A DNA stretch of 63,557 nucleotides from a virus. Lineage: Duplodnaviria > Caudoviricetes. A program made the translations under genes and the position numbers. The notes under the pieces are model-generated. The model was not told where the DNA came from. It made no database searches and was given only the letters and a program-made list of their open reading frames with translations. Positions within the stretch are counted from its first letter, which is position 1, and every line of letters starts with the position of its first letter. The stretch is taken from positions 1-63,557 of the IMG/VR virus record IMGVR_UViG_3300046782_000096; one strand, given 5' to 3'. Below are positions 1 to 10,500 of this stretch, piece after piece.

Positions 1-137
1 TCTATGTTTGTTAAGTCAATGGGCTTTGGATCATTTAAATTTAATACAGGACAGGTAGAGGCAGGAGTAACATTTCAAAGTAATACTAGTTATGGTGTTC
101 AAGGAACGATAAGTGTTAGTACAATACCGGGAGATTT
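1..137. repeat. Terminal direct repeat, copy 1 (assembly circularity overlap)
   Basis: 1-137 equals 63421-63557 except C127 vs A63547; falls inside a CDS. Confidence 0.95.
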
Positions 138-339
138 TGAAGACACAACATCAGTTTGTAAAGGATCAGCAGTTAGTATATCAAGTAAAGCTGGAACTAG
201 AGCAACATGTAAACTACAATTGAATACAGATTATTTCTTAAATATATCCAATGCAAATTACTTCCCACCGCATGAAACTATGTGTGAAGGTGGTAACCAA
301 TGTAATATAGCTTGGACTGTCTATAGCTACGGAAACTAA
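1..339 (+). CDS. C-terminal part of a 245-aa exported Cys-rich protein starting at 63022
   Basis: In frame with the 63022 ATG across the circular junction. Confidence 0.85.
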   Translation, partial: SMFVKSMGFGSFKFNTGQVEAGVTFQSNTSYGVQGTISVSTIPGDFEDTTSVCKGSAVSISSKAGTRATCKLQLNTDYFLNISNANYFPPHETMCEGGNQCNIAWTVYSYGN

Positions 340-350
340 AGGATAGTGTT

Positions 351-740
351 ATGCCCACCCCAAAAGTAGAAGATGTAATTAACAAGTTTATAGAACTTAG
401 GGAAAAGCGTTCTGAAATTAAAAAGAAGTATGAAGAAAAGGATTTGGTTTTGAAAGACGCTATGGAGAAAATTGAAGTATTCCTCTCTCGATACTTAGTT
501 AAAGAGGGACTTCAAAGTGCTAATATTGGACTCTATACAGCTTACTTTGCCAAAGAGTATAAAGTGGGTTGTGCAGATTGGCCCAATTTTTGGTTGTGGA
601 TGGCTACCAATAACCGTTGTGACATGACGGAAAAACGTGTAGCCGTTGGTGTTATTAAAGACTATTTGGAAGAAAAGAAGGAATTGCCGCCGTTTGTCAA
701 TTTAACCGTTGAAAAAGTTGTCCGAGTGAGGAGAGTATAA
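351..740 (+). CDS. Conserved phage replication-module protein (coiled-coil N-terminus)
   Basis: 129-aa ORF, AAGGA RBS, position upstream of SSB-like gene. Confidence 0.7.
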   Translation: MPTPKVEDVINKFIELREKRSEIKKKYEEKDLVLKDAMEKIEVFLSRYLVKEGLQSANIGLYTAYFAKEYKVGCADWPNFWLWMATNNRCDMTEKRVAVGVIKDYLEEKKELPPFVNLTVEKVVRVRRV

Positions 741-1048
741 TGGCTAGCAAAAAGAAACCGTCAAAGAGAATCCATGCAGAAGGTCCAGAAGTAGGCGCGG
801 TTATAGACCGGGCTATAGAGCGTATGGGAAAGGAACAAGAAACATCAAAGAATCTTGAACCGGGCTTGCACGTTCGCCGGTATAGAGTGGCACCAGAAGG
901 CAAAGTACATTACTCCGTTGTTAGAGTAATCGGAGTGGATCGTGGTCATGGTATGTTTATTAAAGTCTATGTTCTCTGTGAAGAATGTAACGTTAAACTT
1001 ACCAATTACGAAATTGAAACCAGTGACTTCCAGAGGATAGGTGAATGA
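740..1048 (+). CDS. Hypothetical protein (CxxC)
   Basis: GGAGAGT RBS; TAATG coupling to upstream gene. Confidence 0.7.
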   Translation: MASKKKPSKRIHAEGPEVGAVIDRAIERMGKEQETSKNLEPGLHVRRYRVAPEGKVHYSVVRVIGVDRGHGMFIKVYVLCEECNVKLTNYEIETSDFQRIGE

Positions 1049-1479
1049 GTACTAAACCTGTTAAACCAGCAGCACCTAAAGAAAACATGACTACTTACCT
1101 TCTTAATATGAAAGATGGTACAAGGCAAAAGATTACTTGTCCTACAGAATGGACTGTTACATTTGGTCCATTAACACCGGGTACTAAGGATTCAAACAAC
1201 GGACATTTTGGGATCGCACTTAGAATTAGGGATGGACAACGCCAGAAGGCAGTCTTTACCGGTGTTGAATCATTCCGAGATATGTCAATGGCGATTGAAA
1301 CGGAAGTAACTAAGACTAAAGAAGAAACGTTTTATCGGGATGAAGATGGTGAAAAGAAACAGGTTATTGTCCAAGGTGCTATTAAAGAGTGGACTAATCC
1401 TGATGCACCGGGAGTACGAGAAGTACCAACAAGTAACATGCCTAAAGTCTTAAATGCACTGGAGGTGCAACGTGGATAA
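1045..1479 (+). CDS. Hypothetical protein
   Basis: ATGA overlap, 144 aa. Confidence 0.7.
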   Translation: MSTKPVKPAAPKENMTTYLLNMKDGTRQKITCPTEWTVTFGPLTPGTKDSNNGHFGIALRIRDGQRQKAVFTGVESFRDMSMAIETEVTKTKEETFYRDEDGEKKQVIVQGAIKEWTNPDAPGVREVPTSNMPKVLNALEVQRG

Positions 1480-1780
1480 TGACCAGTTAGAACAAGCTAT
1501 ACAAGACAAGGGTTTAACCGCGCCACGTATTACTGTAGATCATATTAAGTCTATAGTACACTCTGTATATTATCATGTTCCACCGGCTACCACCCTTACA
1601 CTTTGCGTTTTAACACTTAAAAATGGTTTTACGGTAGTAGGCCAAAGTGCTTGCGCTCATGCAGCTAATTTTGATCGTGAATTAGGTGAACGGCTTGCAC
1701 GGGATGATGCCGAAAATAAGATTTGGGTACTGGAGGGTTACTTACTCCGTGATCGTCTTTTCAATAGCAGGAGTGTTTAA
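1472..1780 (+). CDS. N4 gp49/Sf6 gp66 family protein (candidate Acb4-like nucleotide sponge)
   Basis: TAPRIT..HI, TLCVLTLKNGFTVVGQSAC...NFD.ELG..LA..DA..KIW.LEGYLL motifs; GTG start after GGAGG. Confidence 0.85.
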   Translation: MDNDQLEQAIQDKGLTAPRITVDHIKSIVHSVYYHVPPATTLTLCVLTLKNGFTVVGQSACAHAANFDRELGERLARDDAENKIWVLEGYLLRDRLFNSRSV

Positions 1781-1781
1781 C

Positions 1782-2840
1782 ATGTCACAAGAAATTAGTT
1801 TGTTTGACCAACCCACACAGTTGCCGGCATATTTGAGTGCCTTTGATAGTAGTCTTGGTACTGATATGGCTCTAGGTGGTTTCTCTGGAAACCGTATTGG
1901 TTTGAAAGGTAGTCGGTTCCGTTTGTTAGTTAATGGTCAAGAAGAAGCTATTCTTGAAACGTTTCATCTGGACATTATCATTGTTGGTGCATCGCCGGGT
2001 GTAGGCCGCATTTTCTTTGGTGGTAACTATGATCCTGATGAAAAAGCGCATCCGCTTTGCTATAGTGCCGATGGCATAACACCGGGAGCAGACGTAATTA
2101 ATCCTCAGTCTGTTAAGTGTGCTATTTGTCCACAGAATGAGAAGGGTAGTAAAATTACACAAGAGGGTGTTAAAACCAAGGCGTGTAATTACTTTAAACG
2201 TCTGGTAGTTGCACTGGCAGACGGTAGCGATCCTGAACATCGTTTGTTTAGACTGGACGCAAAAGCAATGACCATTTTTGGTGAAGGCTTGCCAGCGCAG
2301 AATAAGTTTACTCTTAATGAGTATTCTAAGAAATTTTCTACGCGGGGTCTTGATCCAGCTAAATTTGTTACTCGTTTGTCTTTTGATCCAGAGAGTTCTG
2401 TACCTAAATTGTACTTCTCTCCTCTTCGTGTTATTACTGAAGATGAAGTGCCGTGGGTGATGGACTTAGTACATAGTGAAGATACTAAGATTAATGCTAC
2501 TATTACCGCTATTACTGATGCTTCAGACGCAGAAGCGGAGGCACCAGCAGCGGCGCAGCCAGCCCCGGCAGTCAAATCGAACGCTAGCGCCCCTGCCGCG
2601 ACCGTAGCGCCCCGCGCAGCCCCCGGCCTTACGCCTAAGATCGTGACCACCGGCAAGCCTGCTGCGCCTGCTCCTGTGGCCGCACCGGTAATTGTAAAGA
2701 CAGCACCACTAGCAGCAGTTAGACCCGCAACACCGGCACCGGCAGTAGCGGCACCAGTACAAGAGATTGGCGCAGCGGATGATGTAGACTTAAATGATTT
2801 TTTGAAGAATCTAGAGCTAGATGAAAGTAGGAGTGCATAA
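1782..2840 (+). CDS. Putative ssDNA-binding/annealing protein with Ala/Pro linker and acidic tail
   Basis: CYSADGITP, C..CPQN.KGS, KAC motifs; DDVDLNDFL acidic C-terminus; AGGAG RBS before ATG 1782. Confidence 0.7.
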   Translation: MSQEISLFDQPTQLPAYLSAFDSSLGTDMALGGFSGNRIGLKGSRFRLLVNGQEEAILETFHLDIIIVGASPGVGRIFFGGNYDPDEKAHPLCYSADGITPGADVINPQSVKCAICPQNEKGSKITQEGVKTKACNYFKRLVVALADGSDPEHRLFRLDAKAMTIFGEGLPAQNKFTLNEYSKKFSTRGLDPAKFVTRLSFDPESSVPKLYFSPLRVITEDEVPWVMDLVHSEDTKINATITAITDASDAEAEAPAAAQPAPAVKSNASAPAATVAPRAAPGLTPKIVTTGKPAAPAPVAAPVIVKTAPLAAVRPATPAPAVAAPVQEIGAADDVDLNDFLKNLELDESRSA

Positions 2841-3190
2841 TGAGTGAAGTATATGACTTGCAACAGAAGTTGCAGGAGCTGGCTGCAATGTCTAATGTTT
2901 CGCTCAAGAACTTTAAATCATTGCACCATGTTTCTTATGTTACTCTGTATCAATTTATAAAAGAACCAAGTCTTGCAAGGCCGCGCACTCTAACGAGTGT
3001 GCGGTTAATTTGTGAATTTTTATCTTCTGCACTTAAAGCCCGGTTACTACCACTACCAAGAGATAACAATGTTGATGTTAGTCATGCCATAAATGTATTG
3101 TATGAACGTTGGTGGGCTAATGGAAAGAAGTTTCCTGAGCGGCTAGAAACAAACGGAGTAGAACCTACAGTAAGTAATCAGGGAACTTAA
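2840..3190 (+). CDS. Putative HTH DNA-binding protein
   Basis: VSYVTLYQF HTH-like segment; sits between SSB and primase. Confidence 0.5.
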   Translation: MSEVYDLQQKLQELAAMSNVSLKNFKSLHHVSYVTLYQFIKEPSLARPRTLTSVRLICEFLSSALKARLLPLPRDNNVDVSHAINVLYERWWANGKKFPERLETNGVEPTVSNQGT

Positions 3191-3203
3191 TAGGAGAAAG
3201 ATA

Positions 3204-6104
3204 ATGCTGGACTTTCTCAGGACCGTCTTACCTAAAGACGGGCCTTTCTGTATTGCTTACCGAAACAAGGAAAGAAAGGGATTTTTTCACCGGGTAGGTA
3301 AAGATCATTTAGCGGCTGCTAAACTATCAGCATGGGGCGCAATAAGAGGATGGGACGTTTATTTCTGTATCTCTAGTCTTAAAGCGCCTGAATGGGTAGA
3401 TGCTGCCGGAAAACCGCATAAACGTAAAAAAGAGAATTGTGCTAAAACGGGGGTTCTAGTTCTTGATGTGGATATCGGAGCTAGTGCAAGCAAATATCAT
3501 ACGAAAGATGAAGCACTAGAAGCATTAACTAAATTTACAACAGCACTTGACTTTAAACCACCGCTTATTGTAGATAGCGGATATGGTTTGCATGTCTATT
3601 GGCTAATTAAAAACCCAATGGACTCAAAAAAATGGGAAATATTAGCAGACTATTTTAAAAAGATAGCGATTGTACTTGATCCGAAATTAACAGCGGACAC
3701 TACTCGCATTGCAGATTCAGCGGGAGTTCTGCGTGTACCGGGAACTAGAAACTATAGAAAGACAGACGATCCACAAGGAGTAAAACTATTACAATTTACA
3801 GAAGATGGTGATACTGCATTAGACATATCTAAAAAACTATTTACAAAAGGGCGTGAACTTAATATTGCTGTTATTAGACCAAAAGCAAAACAATTAATAC
3901 CTGCTGCTAGTTCTAAGCTCGCTAGTGATTTAGGCTTAGATGTTCCGCATAATATAGATGCAATAATGCAAAAATGCAACTGGATGCGGAGATATGCAGT
4001 AGATATTAAAATAGCATCTGAAAGTGAATGGTATGCAGTTCTTGGACTTCTAAAACACTGTTATCATCCAAAAAAGACGGCGCGAGAATTAGCACACTAT
4101 TTTTCACGGGGGCATCCCGGTTATAGTGAAGAGGAAACAGATCGCAAATTTGAACAAGTAAGACTAGCGCAATCTGGTCCATCCATGTGTGCTAGATTTG
4201 GTAAAATTGTACCAGAACGTTGTGTGGGTTGTAAGTTTGCTTCTATGGTAACTTCACCAGCGCAACTAGACCAAGTAGATTTACCAGATGATAGACCCAT
4301 ACTGATAGAAAAACCTTATAAGGATATTAATGGTCATATATCTAAGTTTGTAGCAGAAGCACTACCTATGCCACAACCTTATTTTAGAGGTAAATCAGGT
4401 GGCATCTATATGAACTTAGATGGTCATAGTGTAAATCCTAATCAAGATGATACTAATACTGTTAGGAAAATTTACGAGTATGATATTCTGCCGCTTGCGA
4501 GGTTACAAAACGAAGATACTGGAGAAGAAGAAATAGAGATAATACTATACTTACCAAAGGATGGACAGAAAATAATCAGAGTTCCTATTGAGTATACTAC
4601 AGAACCTAAGCGATTTGCAACGTACCTTGCTGCTAGGGGTGTATTACTAAAACAACATGAGATTTTGCCTCTTATAAACTACATGATTGATTATATTAGA
4701 CTGATACAAAAGACAAGCGAAGCAAGGGGAATCTATACTCGTTTTGGCTGGCGGCATCCACAAACACCTGATCCTATATTTGTTCTAGGTGATGGAGTAA
4801 TTAAAGCAGATGGTACGTTTATTCCCGGTGGTACGGCTAATTGGTTACAAGAACTAAAACAGTTTGCTTCTGCTACAGGAAACATTACTGAATGGAGAAA
4901 AGCATTTGAAATTAATTTACAATATTCAATACCAGCCTACCAGTTTACTATGATGCTAGGGTTTGCCTCTCCATTATTTGCTTTAACACCATATAGTGGA
5001 ATGATGTTTAATATCCTTGGTGCTGGTGGTATCGGTAAATCTACTGCATTGAAATTTATGACCAGTATTTGGGGTAAGCCTACATATACTCATATTCTTC
5101 AAAAGGATAACAGTATACCTGTTTTTAATAAGATCGGATATCTTAACTCGCTACCGGTAGCTTATGATGAAATTACTAATTTGCCTGCGGACCAAACTGC
5201 CGACTTGGCTTATAGCATCACTGAGGGAAGAGGTAAAGAAAGAGCTGACCGCTCAGGTAACACTAAAATTAATTTCATCAAATGGTCCACCATACTTGTA
5301 TCGTGCTCAAATTTATCCCTCTACGAAAAAATCGGACTTGCAAAAAAAGGCAATACTGCTCCTGCTTATAGAATTTTTGAAGCAAAAATTGAAGAAACCG
5401 TTAAAGAGGAAAACAGGCTCAAAATAGAAGAAGCCATACGTATATTAGATAGTAATTACGGAGTTGCAGGCAGAATGTTTATGCAGTATGCAGTATCACA
5501 TAATACAGAGATTATAGAAAAACTAGTAAAAGAAGAAGAGAGAATAAGTGTAGAGTTCGGATTAAAAAATGTAGAACGTTTTTGGGGAGGTATGTTTGCT
5601 GCTGTAAGTGTTAGCATGGATATCTGCCATGAGCTAGGTATACATAGTTTTGAGAAAGAAAAAGTATTACAATGGGCGCATAAAGAAATAACTAGCACTA
5701 GGGGTAATCTTGTAGAATCCCAAGGTGATGCACTCAGTATTTTTACTGACTATCTTAATAGTAATCTACATGCAACCATATACGTAATAGATGGACGTGT
5801 TACCGCACATGGTATAGCTAATACACCTAATAAAGAATTACATATACGATTTGAGAAAAAGAATGGTAAATTTACATCTGGTTATATATCTTCGCAAGCT
5901 TTCAAAAGATACTGTATAAATAACAAAATAGAATATGGATGGTTTAAAGAAGAACTAAAACAACTAGACATGATAATAGCGGGTATAACATCTAAACGTC
6001 TAGGCGCAGGAACAGATTTTTTTACTTCGCCAATTAACTGTTTAAAGTTAAATTTAGAGTCACCACACTTTGACCAGAGTATAATACAGGAACCAACACA
6101 ATGA
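3204..6104 (+). CDS. Primase-helicase (N-terminal primase, DUF927/Cch-like helicase)
   Basis: LDVD, DSGYGLHVYW and LRVPGTRN primase motifs; C-x8-CxxC; Walker A GAGGIGKST; YDE Walker B; GRGKER. Confidence 0.9.
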   Translation: MLDFLRTVLPKDGPFCIAYRNKERKGFFHRVGKDHLAAAKLSAWGAIRGWDVYFCISSLKAPEWVDAAGKPHKRKKENCAKTGVLVLDVDIGASASKYHTKDEALEALTKFTTALDFKPPLIVDSGYGLHVYWLIKNPMDSKKWEILADYFKKIAIVLDPKLTADTTRIADSAGVLRVPGTRNYRKTDDPQGVKLLQFTEDGDTALDISKKLFTKGRELNIAVIRPKAKQLIPAASSKLASDLGLDVPHNIDAIMQKCNWMRRYAVDIKIASESEWYAVLGLLKHCYHPKKTARELAHYFSRGHPGYSEEETDRKFEQVRLAQSGPSMCARFGKIVPERCVGCKFASMVTSPAQLDQVDLPDDRPILIEKPYKDINGHISKFVAEALPMPQPYFRGKSGGIYMNLDGHSVNPNQDDTNTVRKIYEYDILPLARLQNEDTGEEEIEIILYLPKDGQKIIRVPIEYTTEPKRFATYLAARGVLLKQHEILPLINYMIDYIRLIQKTSEARGIYTRFGWRHPQTPDPIFVLGDGVIKADGTFIPGGTANWLQELKQFASATGNITEWRKAFEINLQYSIPAYQFTMMLGFASPLFALTPYSGMMFNILGAGGIGKSTALKFMTSIWGKPTYTHILQKDNSIPVFNKIGYLNSLPVAYDEITNLPADQTADLAYSITEGRGKERADRSGNTKINFIKWSTILVSCSNLSLYEKIGLAKKGNTAPAYRIFEAKIEETVKEENRLKIEEAIRILDSNYGVAGRMFMQYAVSHNTEIIEKLVKEEERISVEFGLKNVERFWGGMFAAVSVSMDICHELGIHSFEKEKVLQWAHKEITSTRGNLVESQGDALSIFTDYLNSNLHATIYVIDGRVTAHGIANTPNKELHIRFEKKNGKFTSGYISSQAFKRYCINNKIEYGWFKEELKQLDMIIAGITSKRLGAGTDFFTSPINCLKLNLESPHFDQSIIQEPTQ

Positions 6105-6319
6105 GATACGATATAACACCAACGGAAAGACTAGGACCGGGTAGTCCTTTATCAGATGCAGGATTCCTAAATGATATGCCGCGAATGTTGATACAGCTTA
6201 AACGACCAGCGGAAGAGGTTAAAAACTTATTAATAGCAATGAAACTTATTGCAGAATATCTAGATGGGATTAAAGATAGAAAAGCGTTGCTTGAAGCAAG
6301 AACACACATAAACTACTAA
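6101..6319 (+). CDS. Hypothetical protein
   Basis: ATGA overlap with primase stop. Confidence 0.6.
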   Translation: MRYDITPTERLGPGSPLSDAGFLNDMPRMLIQLKRPAEEVKNLLIAMKLIAEYLDGIKDRKALLEARTHINY

Positions 6320-6326
6320 AAAACTA

Positions 6327-6411
6327 GCCCCTATGACGTAATTGGTAGCCGTGATGGACTTAAAATCCATTGGCGTTAGCCGTGCCGGTTCGACTCCGGC
6401 TAGGGGCACCA
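6327..6411 (+). tRNA. tRNA-Leu (anticodon TAA)
   Basis: Acceptor GCCCCTA/TAGGGGC, discriminator A plus CCA, anticodon arm ATGGA-CTTAAAA-TCCAT, long variable arm, GGTTCGACTCC T arm. Confidence 0.96.
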
Positions 6412-6421
6412 CTATAGGAGA

Positions 6422-6640
6422 ATGAAAATGGAACCGTGGCAAGAGAGAGTAATACAAGAGAAAAAAGAACTGGATGAAAAAATAGAGAAGTTAAAAAAGT
6501 TTATAAAAAATGCACCAGAAAAATTAGCAACTGAAACAGAGATGTTAAGATTAGAAGTACAATTTACGATAATGCAAAGCTATTCTAATATACTGGATGT
6601 ACGTATTAAATCTTGGGAGAAACCAAATGATAACGGATAG
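6422..6640 (+). CDS. Small helical protein of crAss001_48 / T4 rIIB.1-like family (candidate Sequestin-like sponge)
   Basis: WQERV..EK.ELDEKIEKL..FI ... Q..IM.SY..IL..RI pattern; AGGAG RBS. Confidence 0.75.
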   Translation: MKMEPWQERVIQEKKELDEKIEKLKKFIKNAPEKLATETEMLRLEVQFTIMQSYSNILDVRIKSWEKPNDNG

Positions 6641-6794
6641 AATAAACAAAATTAAAAAAGTTATAGAAGAACAGTTACCTAATTGTGAAATTGATTTACG
6701 AACTATGGATAATGAAACGGAAAGAAGTTTTATTTTACAGATTAGAGTTACAGTCCCATTAACATTTGTAATGGAGATAGCACATGAGTCCTAA
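6627..6794 (+). CDS. Hypothetical protein
   Basis: GGGAG RBS then ATG 6627. Confidence 0.55.
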   Translation: MITDRINKIKKVIEEQLPNCEIDLRTMDNETERSFILQIRVTVPLTFVMEIAHES

Positions 6795-7125
6795 ATGGCA
6801 AAATGAAGCCGCAAAAATACATGCGGCTTTAACAAAACACTTATTTGTTACATGGGATGAAGAAGATAAACGCTTTTTAGCTTTAGCGTTATGTGGTGAA
6901 GCGGGGGAATTGGCTAATCTAGTTAAAAAACAATGGCGCGATGGGTTTAACCCTGAACGACGCCACGAAATAACTATGGAGTTAGCAGATATACGAATTT
7001 ACTTAGAGTTACAAGCTATTGCTTATGGTGTAGACCTAGATACTATTTGTGAACACAAATTAGCTGAACTGTACAAACGTTGGCCGGATAAGCTTAACTC
7101 TTCCACTTCCGCCATAAAGGTTTAG
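6784..7125 (+). CDS. mazG: MazG-like NTP pyrophosphohydrolase
   Basis: LCGEAGELANLVKK...ELADIRIYL (EAGE/ELAD motifs). Confidence 0.88.
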   Translation: MSPKWQNEAAKIHAALTKHLFVTWDEEDKRFLALALCGEAGELANLVKKQWRDGFNPERRHEITMELADIRIYLELQAIAYGVDLDTICEHKLAELYKRWPDKLNSSTSAIKV

Positions 7126-7267
7126 AACCGGAAGATTGGGCCTTAGATTTATCAGCCCGGTGGAAGTCACACCCTACTCTTTGGGGTATACCAATTTTCA
7201 AGGCGAAAGCCGGGCTTTTACACACCGCTAACATAGTATGACTTTGTTTAGGAGTTGAAGATGGCAT
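7094..7267 (-). CDS. 57-aa basic conserved phage protein (not in ORF track)
   Basis: MPSSTPKQSHTMLAVCKSPAFALKIGIPQRVGCDFHRADK; resembles a common podophage late-region family (MPS.S..Q..M.A....P.FAKK.GIPQ.V..EF..AD). Confidence 0.7.
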   Translation of the reverse strand: MPSSTPKQSHTMLAVCKSPAFALKIGIPQRVGCDFHRADKSKAQSSGSKPLWRKWKS

Positions 7268-7599
7268 ATGATTACCGTCCAGAAGTAGATGAATCTTCTA
7301 AGTTTGAAATTACCAATGAAGTTGATGCTGAACTTATGAAAGATTTAGAGGTAATAAAAGAAAAACATGGTTTTAGTAGTATGATACTTATAGCCACTAC
7401 ATGTACAGAAGACAAATCTAGTTCTAAAATTGCACTTATAGAAAATCGTAGAGAACCATTCTTTTTACTGGAATGTGCAGTCTCTATGCAAGAGTACTAT
7501 TTAGAAAGAGAAATTAAAGTTTACAAACAACGTATAGAAAAAGTACATGGTATAATGGCTCAAATTGAAAAAGTGTTTACCCACCCTAAAGATAATTAA
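7261..7599 (+). CDS. Hypothetical protein
   Basis: AGGAG RBS, ATG 7261; stop overlaps stop of the giant gene. Confidence 0.65.
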   Translation: MAYDYRPEVDESSKFEITNEVDAELMKDLEVIKEKHGFSSMILIATTCTEDKSSSKIALIENRREPFFLLECAVSMQEYYLEREIKVYKQRIEKVHGIMAQIEKVFTHPKDN

Positions 7600-10500
7600 T
7601 GTTCTAATCTAGCAGCTTGTTTAGAGAAGTCTTCTTGTATTTTACTCCAATCTCTTTGGACCGCAGCAAGTCTGGAAGTTTTAATTGATCCAGCTAAAAG
7701 AGCATTACTAGTTATAGCTTTTACAGCCTTGCTGTGTTCTCTTGATGCTTTTATAAACTCTTTATCTAAATCTACTTTTTCTTGAATTGAATCTGGAACA
7801 TCCTTATCTTGACTCTTCAATAACTCTGCTTCTTTCTTAGCGTCTTCTAAACCAAGTTTACTTTGATAGTATTCTTTACCTGCCGCGAATTTTAGATCGT
7901 GGTTAAATATAGCAGAAAATACAGTAGCTTGAGACTCATCTACATCTAATCCCGCTTCCCGTATTTCTTCTTTTTCTACGTTCTTAAATAAAAGGTTAAG
8001 TACACCGGGATCATAAGACGATAATAAATGTCTAAGTGTTTCTGGATATACGTCTAAACCAATACTACTACGTAAACCACGCGCCCAAGTTTTATACATA
8101 TCACCGGTAGTCAATCGTCCAGCTTCAGAAGCGTATCCCTGAGTGTATTGTGGTGCCTCATGGATTTGTGATCCAAAAGCGGTTTGATTAAGGAAAGACT
8201 CATAACCGGGCCTAGCGATCGACGGCACCAACGCCCCGGCCAGATCGGCGGCAATCGTACCACTATCAGCACCCTCTTTACTCTCTATCGGATGCAACGG
8301 ACTAACGTTTTCTAATAGTAGATTCTTTAGTGTCCTACCAGCACTAGCCGCTGTTGTATCCCCCTCCGCAAGTCTAGTAGCCAACATACTTATTCCCCAT
8401 GCCAATCTAGGCATACCTAAACCTATTGGCAATTGGAATGGTGTATTTTCATCCCAAGGATTTGGTAAAACTACATTCTTAGCTAACGCATCATCGCTAA
8501 GCTTCTTAGCTTTATCATCTCCCATTATAGCCTTAACTGCTGCATACGCGCCAGCGGTACCTACTCCCATAAGCATCATACCCATAGCTGCACGCTTTGG
8601 TTCAATCTGTCCTTTCTCATTTTTAAGAGCAGACATTAATGCATCTAAACTAGTAATACCCACACGACTAAACGCAAACCAGCTATTTAAAATACGGCTA
8701 CCTTCTGAAGTCTGTTGATAGTCCAAAAGCCGCTTAGAGTAAAATGCCGCTTCTTTATCACTCATACCTTTAGCTAACGCAGACTCAAATGCAGCCACGC
8801 GACCCGCCATCATAGACCCGGTAGCAACTGCATCTTGAAAAGCTACTATATTCTTTAATCCACGTTTAATACTGTTAATTGTTCCCGGTTCCTGTCTATG
8901 CATCTCATCTCGTAATTTTTCTAATTTTTTAGCATTACTAAATTCATCACGAAAATTAAATCCACCACCAGCTTTCTCTAACCGATATAGTTTACCAGCA
9001 AAAGAATTTGGATTTGCTAAAGCATATTTTTCCATGTCTCCAATAGTAGCCGCTTCTGGAAGTACTCTATCCCATTTTAAATAAGCTGCCCATGCACCCA
9101 TAGGCCCGCCATATTTCATATAATTACCGATATAGCCCGGTATTAATTCTGATTTTCCCTGAAGCGCCATCATAGCCGGAATATATAAAGCATCGCGTAT
9201 GGCTGCATTAACCATAGCAAACGATGGTGACATTGCTGTATGAACACGACCATACGCCCCAGTTACTTTACCTATTCCTTTATGTAAACCCTCTAATGAT
9301 ACTGGGTTTTGCGATTCTTTAATCGCTCGCAGTTGTTGTGAGTCTTCTGGTAAAGTAATTACATACCGTTTATTTCCTTCATTATGTATAATTGATCTTG
9401 GTCCAGCAGCTACTTTTTTCATTTCACCTAGTAACTTACCACCCTTAATAGCATCTTCAGCTATATTGTCCATATCAAAAGAATGTACAGTTGCATTTAA
9501 CTTTTGATTTGGGTCTTGAGCCATATTTAGTAATACTTTAGTAGCTTCATTATCTGCTGCATCTTTAGATGAAAACAGCAGTTTATTAAAAATAGCTTGA
9601 ACAGGATCATCTATTGGTGTCTCTCGACCAGCATAAGCCATGCGATCAAAAGCACCTAACGGACTACCAAATACTTTTTGTGGTACTCGTATATCCTCAT
9701 CTGCCCAATCAGATTTAGGCATATAATATGGATTATCTTGCGCTCTCTGTTGTCGTACATCCGCCTCAGAGAAAGACCCACTCCGTAATTGATTCTCTGT
9801 TATACGCCTTCTAAGTTTATGAAATGCTTTATTAAAATCTTCTCCCATAGCATCAGAGAAACCTGCTTTATTGACACCTTTAATCGCTTTATATGCTTCT
9901 ACATTATTCATTCCCGTTATTGGGTCTACGTGTTGTTCTAACTTAGCCCCCGGTGCATCTACAATTGCTTTAAGCGCATGTAAATAATTACCAGTGAACG
10001 TACCCCGCCGCATTGCTAACTTAAGCGGAATACGCTTTGCGTCCGCTTCTGGTGTAAGCTTAATATTTTCTAATTCATATTTATCATTTGTTTTAAGAGC
10101 ATCTTTGCCTCTAATCCATTGAGAAAACATAGCCATATACTGACCTTCAGACATTCCATGTTTTTTAGATGCTGTTCTTAAAGCGTCCATAATAGGAGCA
10201 ATATAATTAGCTCCATCAGTATCTATTTCATGTTTCTGTCGCCCACGAAGTACAGTAAACGCCATGTACCCGTTTTTATCAGTTGTTACTTTAATACCAA
10301 GTCGTTCTAAATGCTCATTATAATTCTTTAAAGGCTCTATGGTATTAGACGCATATTGAAGAAACTTCTGTACCGCAGTTGGTTTTAGCGAATCCGGTCC
10401 TCTATTTAGTAAAGCTTTTCCGGTAGCTATTAACGACGGTGGTCTTTTCTCCCATTCTTTCGCTGCTTCTTTAGCCTCTTCCGCTGTAGTTATTGTTGGA

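Noticed and set aside
1-137. Physical terminal repeat of the virion DNA
   Set aside because: Lies mid-CDS and has the size of an assembler overlap; more likely a circularisation artefact
2189-2863. Long antisense ORFs (also 10900-11682, 29842-30315, 33180-33578, 38718-39176, 57178-57741, 59379-59879)
   Set aside because: Shadows of low-complexity or well-supported genes on the other strand; no RBS
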